Below, one piece after another: positions 51,301 to 61,008 of a stretch of DNA of 64,000 nt. How positions within the stretch are numbered: position 1 is the stretch's first letter; each line of letters begins with the position of its first letter. The translations under genes were made by a program, and so were the position numbers. The notes under the pieces were generated by a model, which was given only the letters and a program-made list of their open reading frames with translations, did no database searches and was not told the DNA's origin. The stretch is from Pavona decussata (Eukaryota): positions 372,001-436,000 of the forward strand of contig CDRNST010000018.1 of the NCBI GenBank assembly GCA_977016875.1, in the 5' to 3' direction.

Positions 51301-52257
51301 CCAGGTGTTAGATACTGCCCGTCCCGCACATTGTTAAGTCAAGTTCTTTCCTACTTTTGGTCTTCTGTATTGGCCTGCTACCTGGAGGCAGTTGTTTTTC
51401 TTTCCCCTTGATCGCTCTGTTATTGATCTGAATTGGAAGCTGGCCCACAGGGTTTTGTACACGGCTCAGCGTCTTGCCTCCTTTGGTTATGACCTCTCTA
51501 CTGTGTTTTTGTACTCACCCTGTGGAGTCCTCTGAGCACCTGTTTTTTTGTTGCCCCTTTGCGGACAGTGTGTTGTCATGGGTGCAATCGTTGATGTTCT
51601 CCGCCTCTCCCCTCTGTCCCAATTTGCTCCTTCGTCACCTCCTGTTTGGCTTCTCAGAGGATGAGCTTCTTTGTCTCCCACGTTTCTTTGTCTATCTTCT
51701 TGGCGTCTGCAAGTTCTTCATTTGCTGTGCCCGTAATGATTTTTGGTTTCGTGATGTTCGCCCTTCAGCTATTGATGTCATTGAGAGTGTCAAGGCCCGG
51801 GTCCATTTTTACTTGCCTTTGTTCTTTTGGTGGGTTTCAGTCCAGTCGCCGCCAGTGGTTTTTTGTTCGTCATTGGGGTGCCCATGGGGTCGTGGCCTCT
51901 ATTGTGGATTCCCGTTTGGTTGTTCACCTCTAGTTCCCGGCCCTTTCTGTTGTGTCTCTGCTTGCCAGAGCGAGTGTGTCGTCCTGCTAAGCTTCCGTTT
52001 TTGAGTGAGTGTGTCTGTGTTTTGCCTCCCGCGTTTTTAACTTGTTTTATTGTCCTGGCTTGTCTTGTTTGTGTTTGTCCTGTAGCAATGTTTGTAGGGA
52101 GCGGGGTTCTATCCCCCGGTGACGTTTGACATGCTGGTGCACCTCCCGTTTAAGATGAACCCCTCGTTCGTCTGTTTGTTGGGATGAGTCTGTCTGTCTG
52201 GGGGCCATTGCACTCACCCTACTGGGGCGCCAGCCATTTGCCTTAACCATGAAAAAA
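48389..52257 (+). mobile_element. U1-targeting Tx1 element 2 (type I 5' end); ORF1 joined to RT by deletion of APE
   Basis: CDICGGCHKAAQC, CRRCKSEGHFAKDC, NWRPINLLN, LDQEKAFD, YVDD. Flanked by CTTACCTGATGCAGG (48374-48388) and CTTACCTGACGC (52258-52269). Confidence 0.92.
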
Positions 52258-55200
52258 CTTACCTGACGCTCTTGTCTGGCCGGAGGCCCTACTCTTTTGT
52301 GGAGAGGTCATTAGCCATTTAGCTTGGGTAGTGGATCGCTTCCTCGTACTTTTTGGGCGTGGGATTTGTTGCTTATTGGCTGGTCATCCTCCAGTATGGA
52401 GACCTTGGGATTTAACCTTAATGTTTGGATCTTCATTTTGGTGAGCGGTTTTTCTTTCTTTTTCTCATCTTTTTTTTCTCTGGGGGTTGTTGCCTTTCGG
52501 TTTGGCGTTTATCACTATGCCGCGTGGCGCCTTTAACCGGACGGTGACGCTCAAACTTGAGTGATTCCTGTCATCAGTTTCTCGTGCTGATACTGTTAAG
52601 GCCATCAAAGATCATTTTGTTGGATATACTATTTTGTCTGTTCAATTCACCCCTGGTAATCGTGCTCAGGTTACTTTTGAACGTGCTGAGCAGAAGGAGT
52701 TTATTGAAACCCTTGAATCCGTGTCTCTTGGTGACATTGAATGTAGGGTCGTTGGTGGGGGGCCTCGCCCGCAATTTGGGCATGTTTTCCAGTATCCCTT
52801 TGAGGCGGATGATAATCTTCTTATGAGGAATTTTAAGAAGTTTAAGGATGTGCTGGGTCTCAGTCATCAGCATTATCCGGATCATAATTAAATTTGCACT
52901 GGTGTCTGTTTATTGCATATTGTTCGTTCAGCTCCCATTCCTCGTAATGCAGATGTTGGGGGCTGGGCTGTTAATGTTTGGCACAAAGGCATGTCCCCTG
53001 AGTGCTATATCTGTGGGCAGGGTCATGTTGCTAAGGATTGCCCTTTCCGCAGCAAGTGTCGGCTGTGTCGTCAACCTGGGCATATTAGTCGTAACTGTAG
53101 GAATGTGCCGTCTGCTTGGGATTCGTCAGAGCCTGGTGTTGATCCATAAGTGTATATGGATCCTACCCCGGCTGAGGCGGCTGCATCTGCTTCTGGTTCT
53201 CTTGGTGTGGCGTCTTTTTCTTCTTCTGCCATCGTGCATCCTACCAATGCTGTTTCTTTCCACTCAGATGGATGTCAATTGTCCTGTGGATGTGGTCTCC
53301 GCCCCTACTGATGCCGCTGCACCCTCCACTGGCTCTCCTGAGGCTGCGTTGTTTTCTTCGTCTGAAAGTGTTTCTGTTGATTTGAGGGACAATGAGTTGT
53401 CCCCTGATCTGTTTTCGCATGATGACCTTCCCGTTGGTGAAGGCACTACCGTCTTGTCTGGCTCTGATAAATTGGCAGGGTGTGTCAGCTTCACTGTCAA
53501 TGAGTTTGGCAGTGAGGCTAGTCCCTCTGTTTTAAATTCTGCATGTAATTCAATTATTGATGTTACTTCCGCTATAAGCAGCGGAGTGACTTATTCTTGT
53601 TCTGTTTCCTCCGCTAAGAAGAGTGGTGGTATTAATACTAAAGTTTGTAATGCTGTTACTGATAATTCCAATGTAAGCAGCGGACGAATTAATGCTAGTG
53701 ATAAACTTAATGATAATCCCACTGAAAGCAGTGGGGGGGGGGGGGGTTAAACCTAGTTCTGTTAATTCCGCTAAAAAGAGCGGTGGTGTTATTTCTAAGG
53801 ATGATAATAACTTAACTAGTAATCCCGCTGTAAGCAGCGGAGGGTCTAATCGTAGTGATAACTTTACTGATAATCCCGCGGTAAGCAGCGGCGTTTGCTA
53901 TGACAATACTGTACTTTCACCTGCCCCTTCCTCGGTCCTGTCCCAGTCTATCTTGCCTGTTGTCCCCCCTTTGCCTTCCTCTGAGGACTTTCCTGTGCCA
54001 CGTGGTCGTGCTCCCCGGCGTACTTCTAAGCCTACTCATCCTGATCATAGTCGTTCTCGCTCCTGGTCTGGCGCGTCAGGTCGGTCTGAGAAGCGCCCTG
54101 CTGCCTCTCATAAGATGCCTGCTTATGTCAAGTCTGTTCCTTCATGCCCTTAATTTGCTTCCTTTATGGCAGTCTTTTTCTTTTTGATGGCTCTGTCCAT
54201 AGTCTCGCTCAACTGTGACGGGATTTGTGACAATACTAAGCGTGCTGGTCTTGTGCAGTGGTTACGTTCTTTGGCTGTGGTTGCTATTGTTATTTGTCTT
54301 CAGGAGACACATTTTTCCTCAGTTAGTGAGTGTTCGTCTTGGTTTGCTTCCTCTGGTTTGTCATGTGTGTTGTCTCCTGGTTCTACCAGGTCTTGTGGTT
54401 GTGTGATTTTGTACCGTCCTTGTTTGTCTCTTGTTCAGTCACGATGTGATTCTGACGTTCGCTTTTCTTCAGTGTGAGGTTCTCCTTCGTGGTCATTCAT
54501 GTTGCCTGTCTTTATGCACCAAATCGTAATTCTGCACCAGATGAATTCTTTAATGATATCTCTTCTATTGTTGACCCTACTGTGCAGACCGTTCTCTGCG
54601 GCGACTTTAACACTGTTTTTGATCGGTCGCTTGACTTGTTTGATTCAGTGGTGGGTGATCAATCACGCAAGAGTTCTGTTGCTCTTGGCCAACTTTTTGA
54701 CTCCTGTTGTGTCCTTGACATCTGAAGGTATCTTCACCTATCGTCCTCTGGCTTTACCTGGTCCAGGTGGGATGGCTCATTGTCTTCTCGTATTGATCTT
54801 GTTGGTTGTCCTTATTCTTGGGTTGCGTCTGTGTCGTCTTGTGAGATATTTTCTTGTCCTTTTTCTGATCATTGTGCTGTCCAATTTTGCGTTTCTGTCC
54901 CTGATGTTGTTCCACTTGGTCCGGGTTTATGGAAACAGAACACCTCTAACCTTGAGGACTACGCTTACATTGAGTCTGTATCTTCCTTCTGGCTTTCCTG
55001 GAAGTGCCGCCAGTTGGATTTCCCTTCCTTGGCCGGGTGGTGGGAGGAGGGGAAGAGTCGTATCAAGGGCCTCACTATCTGTTATTGTGTTTCCCGTGCT
55101 CAGTTGTGCTTGCAGTCTCGTGATCTCCTTGTTCCTCTAGTTGATCAACTCAGTCCCGTGTGGACAGTGGTGTTGTTTCTTGCATTGGGCCATACCGGTC

Positions 55201-57042
55201 TGCCTTAGCTCAGCTTGCCAAGTATGATCTAGATGCTGTGGGGGTGCGCAGGTTCTTTCTCGGGTAAGATAGGTTGAGGAAGGTGAGTCTTGGCTTACTT
55301 CTTTCGCCTTGAGAAGTGGGCTGCTGATCGTTGGATCTCTGCTTTGAGAGAAGATGATGGTTCTGTTATTTCTAATCCTGATCAATTATGTCGTTCTTTC
55401 TCTGGTTTCTATTCTTCGTTGTTTACCTGGTGTCCCACTGATCCTGTTGCTTGTGATCTTCTTTTGGATAATTTGTCCTCTGTCCTCCCTTCTGACCAGC
55501 CTAAGGTCTGTGATGGCCCGCTTTCCCTTGGTGAATGTTATTCTGCCCTTTGTGGGATGGCTAAGCGTAAAGCCCCTGGGCTGGATGGCCTCCCATTGGA
55601 GTTCTATGTCAAATTCTGGAGTGTCCTTGGTTCTGATCTTGTTTCTGTTTTGAATTCGTGCTATGATTCTGGTCGTTTGTCTTTCTCTCAACATAGGGGT
55701 GTTATTGCTCTTTCTTTTAAGAGGGGTGATCGCCTTGATCCTCGTAACTGGAGGCCGATCACCCTTCTTAACGTTGATTATAAACTTACATCGCGTGTAA
55801 TTGCTGGTCGACTGCTCAAAGTCATTCATCTTGTTGTCGCTGTAGACCAGAAGTGTGGTGTTCCTGGATGCTACATTGGTGACAATGTGGCTTTTTTGCG
55901 GGACGTTGTTGATTATGCTACCTTGTCCAACGTTCCTGTTGCTGTTCCTACTCTTCACCAGGAAAAGGCCTTTGACCGTGTTGATTAGGATGTTATGCGG
56001 GCAACCTTGCTCAAGATCGGTTTTGGCCCTTCCTTTCTTTGGTGGGTTGACCTGTTTTACTGCGGAGTTTAAAGTTGTGTTAATGTTAATGGTTACCTTT
56101 CCTCGTTTTTTCTTTGTCTCGTGGTGTGCTTCAAGGTTGTCCTCTTTCTCCTTTGCTGGATGTTCTTGAGTCTTAAGTCCTGGAGGCCAATATTCATGTC
56201 AATCCCCGGGTCAAGGGTCTTTGTCTTCCTGGTCTTTCTGAGCCACTTTCTCCTATATCCCAATACACTGATGCCACCTCTCTATTTCTCACGTCTGATG
56301 ACTCTATATTGGCCACCTTTGAGGTTTATGCTGTTTTTGAGAGAGGTTCTGGGTCCAAGCTCAATCAGGCTAAATCTAAGGGCTTGTGGCTTGGTCCCTG
56401 GTCTGGTCGTGTTGATCCACCGGTTGCGCTTGATTGGTCTTCCACTAAAGTGAAGATCCTTGGTGTTTTCGTTGGTCCTGGGTGACCTTGAGCAAAATAA
56501 CTAGCCGCCGCGCATTTCCACTGTTGATGTTAGGTATAGGAACTATAAGTACGCGCCTCTCAAGGGACTGGACACGAGATGTGTCGTCAAGATGACAAGT
56601 GACGTAAGGAGAAGCCATGTGCGTGCTCGAGAAGCAAAATAGACTCGCGTTGTGAAAATAAGTTGTGAAACCGTAATTTAATATCGTAAATACTCTTGGA
56701 AAACACCAAGCAGTGTGGATTTTCTTGTGTAACATTCTGGGGGCCTGTCCGGGAGATTTTTCTCGAAGAAACTTGATGGAAATGTACCCGTTTTGACGAT
56801 CGATTGCTTACTGTGTGCGAGGACTCGCGTTTGTCGCCGCCATTACGCATTCACTTTGGATTTCAATGGACAACGATTTATTAACAGGATTTAACTGGTT
56901 GTAGTTGAAGCGGACATTTGGTGTGGACAGTTTGGCAAAAGATAGTGGAGCCTGAATTTGAGGCCAGGGAAGGTAGGAACATTGTTTTATTGGACTTTGT
57001 GCATGTGGAAATCTGTTCGTGTTGTTTACAAGTAAAATTGAA

Positions 57043-58378
57043 ATGGCGGAGGAACAACTGATTCTTCTGGATCGCAAAATTTTGTCGCTGGACCTGAGTG
57101 CGTTTTGTGAATTTGCTCTTCATGCTAAAGTTGAAAAGTCGGCAGTAGAAGGCAAGGGGAAATTAAGTGTTATTCGGTCTATCAGACGAAATATTGAGGA
57201 TTCATTCGAGAAGTTGTCTGGCGTTGATCAAATTGAATTTGTTAAGGGGTTAATTGCACAGTTGGGTCCTGAAGAAGCTCAAAAAAGAATTGGGTGATTT
57301 AGAGTCTAAGCAGCAATTAGTCGAGGAACAATTGGCCAAAATGCAGAAAGAAAAGTTTCCTGCCTCAGTGAAAGACGAAGACACGATCAAGTTTCCTGCC
57401 AAGGGGGTTGAGCAAAGCATATTCCGCAGGGATTTCAAAATACAAGGAGTGGTGGGTGACCCTGGTCAGAAAGATAAACTGGGTTATCAAGCTCTAATAT
57501 CCCAAATAGAATCAGGGCTTGCCAAGGGGTACTCAGACAAAGAAGTAGTTAGTGCCGTTGTTCATGCTGTGCAGCCAGGCCTGCAACTAAGAAGCTACCT
57601 AGAGAACATGACTGACCTGACCCTACCCAGGCTGCGTAAAATTCTTCGCTTCCATTTTCATGAGAAAAATGCCACAGAACTTTACCAGCTTCGAACAAAC
57701 ATTGCCCAACAACCCAATGAAGACCCTCAGTCATTTCTGATGAGAGCACTCACTATTAGGCAAGAGGTAATTAGTGCTTCAAAAGAGTCCGATAGTGGGG
57801 TTAAGTACGATGCCTCCTCGGTGCAAAGTTTGTTCCTGCATGCCTTGGAAACCGGTCTTGCTGACGAAACCATTCGTGCAAAGATAAGACCACTCACTCA
57901 GAACCCAAAAGTCGCAGATGAAGACCGCATTGGAGCAATGAGCCTAGCTATATCTGCAGAAGCTGAGCGAAGTAATAAGTTCAGTTTTACCAGCAAGGGA
58001 AAGTCTGCAAAGGTTCTCACCGTTGAAGGTGCAGTGGAAGCAAACACGAAGAAGGAGTCGCAGAAGGACTCACAGGTCCTAGCAACACTAAAAGCTGTAC
58101 AAGCGGAGCTGGCCACAGTGAAATCAGAAGTTAAAACTCTTCATGACGTAGCAAATAACCAGAAGGCAGACACCATGGCACCTGGTCCTACTGGGAGGGG
58201 AGCGAGGGCTGGAGCAAGACCACCTGGTTGCCAAGAGTGTAGAATGAATAGGAAAGGTGACCGATGTCCACATTGCTGTCTCTGTGGAGGCTTGAACCAT
58301 ATTGCCCGCTACTGTCAAACCAGGCTCAGAAGCTATCCGGGAAACGCATCCAGGCTACCCCCGCGGGACAGGGAGTAG
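57043..58378 (+). pseudogene. gag: gag-like ORF with C-terminal CCHC knuckle (one frameshift near 57285)
   Basis: MAEEQL start; QQPNEDPQSFLMR major-homology-like motif; CCLCGGLNHIARYC. Confidence 0.8.
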
Positions 58379-58380
58379 CC
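58339..58380 (+). promoter_or_regulatory. -1 programmed ribosomal frameshift signal
   Basis: In-phase G_GGA_AAC (58339-58345), 7-nt spacer, hairpin GGCTAC-CCC..GGG-A-GTAGCC (58353-58380). Confidence 0.85.
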
Positions 58381-58407
58381 TTGCCAGAGAAAGAGAAGTC
58401 CCACCAG

Positions 58408-58530
58408 TGTAGTGGTTGCCTGGAGTTTGATTGCCGTAAACAGTTGCTACAGTGTTCAGCCTGCCAGTCTGTTCGATATTGTTCTGAGCATTGTCAAAAG
58501 GTTCATTGGCCAAAACATAAAGTGTTATGC
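58408..58530 (+). CDS. MYND-type zinc finger in the -1 (pol) frame
   Basis: CSGC-x11-CSAC-x5-CSEHCQKVHWPKHKVLC matches the zf-MYND pattern CxxC..CxxC..YCS..CQ..HW..HK..C. Confidence 0.88.
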
Positions 58531-60144
58531 AAAGCAATCAAAGAGTTCTCTGAGAGAGAATCGTCTAAAGAAAAGTAGTTAGGAGATGCACAAGATAGAG
58601 ATGGTATGTGGTCTGTAAGGAGCTGGGCCTGATCAACCCACTCCAGGATTTAAGAAGCAAGGAATCATAAACAAAAAAGGCCACTTTCGTAAAGTTTTGT
58701 TCTGTATTGCATGCCAAATGGGAGAGAGGGGAGAGTGTTAGGTATAGGAACCATAAGTACGCGCCTCTCAAGGGACTGGACACGAGATGTGTCATCAAGA
58801 CGACAAGTGACGTAAGGAGAAGCCATGTGCGTGCTCGAGAAGCAAAAAAGACTCGCGTTGTGAAAATGAGTTGTGAAACTGTATTTTAATATCGTAAATA
58901 CTCTTGGAAAACACCAAACAGTGTGGATTTTCTTGTGTAACATTGAGAACACTCTTGCTGCTTGGAAGGGCCGTTCCTTATCGTAGAGGGGTAGAGCCCT
59001 TATGATCAATGCCCAAATCTCTTGTTCACATGCGCTCTTGGGTTTTGTCTGAACTGTGCAATTTTGGTACGAAGTTCCATCCGCTGCAAGATGAAGCCAC
59101 TTTCGTGGATGAGCAAATAAAGGTCGAAGTACTTCGGTATAAGTTGTATATTTTCTCTTGTCACATTAATGTGAACCTAGCTCAATTATATCATCTTGCA
59201 GGCTAACTGATGAACAAAATAATGTTTTACGCATTACTGAAAAAGGCCACAACAAGGTCAGCTGGCTGGTAAAGAACTGCACTTAGCCAGAAGGGGGTGT
59301 GTGTGGTTTGTTACGTGCCAAACGCTTCCCGTGGATTTCCCCAGCTGGGAACATTTTAGTACTCGTGCCTCAGTTTGACCGTGAGTTTCTTCCAACATTC
59401 CAGGGACACGGCTCAGACGGCGGCAAAAAAGGCACCCGATTTGAAATGAAGTTTGTTTTCAACTAAGGCCGGTGTCTCAATAAATGAACTCCTCTGTAAA
59501 TGAGCTACCCAGGAGGGACCGCACATCATTCTCCTTGCCATATGGTAAGGCAGGTAGGCGAGAGCTTAAGTTTCAAGCAAATTTTAGCGAGGTTTTTGAA
59601 GTGCTGTCCTTAAATGACCGGCCAAATTTCATTGAAATTCAACTTGTAGTTTCCTACCTTTCCATTAACATAATACAGTGATGTACGTGGACCAGCTGCC
59701 GAGAGATAAACCGCTCAAAACAGCGTTTGGAAGCACTGAAGAGCATTGAAAACACAACAAAACACACCGGGTAAGCCTTTTCAGACTTAAGTATATTTTT
59801 GTTGGGTTTTTTAGGGAAAATTGTTGTCTAAATTTCGATTTAATTTTAACTCCATACAAACTCTTAAATCACGCTTGCATGGTAACCTGTGTCACATACG
59901 CTTTGGTGACCTGTGGTAGCACTGGAGTGCTTGAGTGAGTGTGTTTTTGCTTTTTAACTTGTTCTATTGTCCTGTCTTGTCCTGTTTTTGATTGTTATGT
60001 ATTGTGTTTGTTGGGAGCGGGGTTCCATCCCCCAATGAGGTTTGACGTGCTGGTGCCCCTCCCGTTTAAGGTGATGTTTGTATTTGTCTGGTGGCCATTG
60101 CACTTTTCCACTGGGGGGCCAGCAATTCACCTTTATAACAAAAA

Positions 60145-60306
60145 ACTTACCTGACGCAGGAGGTACTGTGATCAAGGAGGCAGTCCTCTCAAGGTGGTGC
60201 CCTTTCATTGCACTTCGATTGGGTTGACCCTTGTGATTACCCCAAATGTGGGTAACTCGAGCTTATAATTTCTGGTAGTGGGGACCTGCGTTCGCCCTAG
60301 TCTCCG
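60145..60306 (+). ncRNA. U1: U1 snRNA nt 3 to end, right end of the split gene
   Basis: ACTTACCTGACGCAGGAGGTACTGTGATCAAGGAG..CATTGCAC..AATTTCTGG; followed by the same downstream flank as 25132. Confidence 0.93.
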
Positions 60307-60869
60307 ATCATTGCTGGTTAATGTTCAACTAACACGCGTGCGTGTTTCAACTTACTTGCAGCGGAGCGTGAAATGAATGAAATGAATGAACTGAGCTGTC
60401 GAGTGGGCGATCGTGGAGCTGTGTTAAATACGAGAAGGAACAAACAAACAAAACGCTGGCTACCAGAAAGAAGTTCGTCTGAATCGTGACATTTCCTCGT
60501 TGCCGGATTTGTTTGGTTGAATCAGCTTTTCAAGTTTTCCTTTTGTTGCAAAAAATTTGTCTCTGCGCATTGATTTCGGGCCGTTATGAAATAACTATTG
60601 GAAAGATTGCGCTTTTCGTTGTGTTTGATTGTAAATAATAAAAATAAATAAATAAATAAATGAATGATTGATTGATTTTCCTCGCTGTGTATTTCATTTT
60701 CACGTCTAAAAGGCGCTGGAGTTTCATTGAAGTCGAGTTTATGTCGTGTCTATTATGGTTGCTTTAAATAATTTGATGTCACAAAGTGTTAAGGTGGCCG
60801 AATACAGTTTTCTAGTGTACAGATGTTAGAAGACGTCATTTGGAAACTAATGGCCTTAGCTCCCACGAG

Positions 60870-60942
60870 TCTCCTGTAGCTCAGTGGTAGAGCATCCGAA
60901 CTAGTAATCGGAAGGTCTTAGGTTCGACTCCTGATAGGAGCA
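60870..60942 (+). tRNA. tRNA-Thr(AGT)-like sequence, probably a tRNA-derived repeat or pseudogene
   Basis: A box TAGCTCAGTGG, B box GGTTCGACTCC, loop CT-AGT-AA; extra base in the anticodon stem and imperfect T and acceptor stems. Confidence 0.6.
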
Positions 60943-61008
60943 CTCGGATTTCTTTTTTCCGAGTATGCCTGCGTCACTTTCTAGAATAATCATCATTCTT
61001 GTCATGAT

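Larger units (their letters stand above)
56528..58942 (+). mobile_element. Non-autonomous Gypsy-type LTR element: gag plus MYND finger, pol deleted
   Basis: 207-bp TG..CA LTRs (56528-56734, 58736-58942; 8 mismatches counted by eye), TTGA TSD, tRNA-Pro-like PBS TGGGGGCCTGTCCGGGA (56738-56754), PPT at 58720-58735. Confidence 0.95.
52270..60144 (+). mobile_element. U1-targeting Tx1 element 3 (type II 5' end); ORF1, ORF2 from 54187, interrupted by an LTR element and by unassigned DNA at ~59045-59930
   Basis: CYICGQGHVAKDC, CRLCRQPGHISRNC, SLNCDG, LQETH, KAPGLDGLP, QEKAFD; conserved 3' UTR at 59930-60144. Confidence 0.9.

Noticed and set aside
59045-59930. Foreign segment inside U1 element 3
   Set aside because: No TIR, TSD or coding motif recognised; left unassigned.
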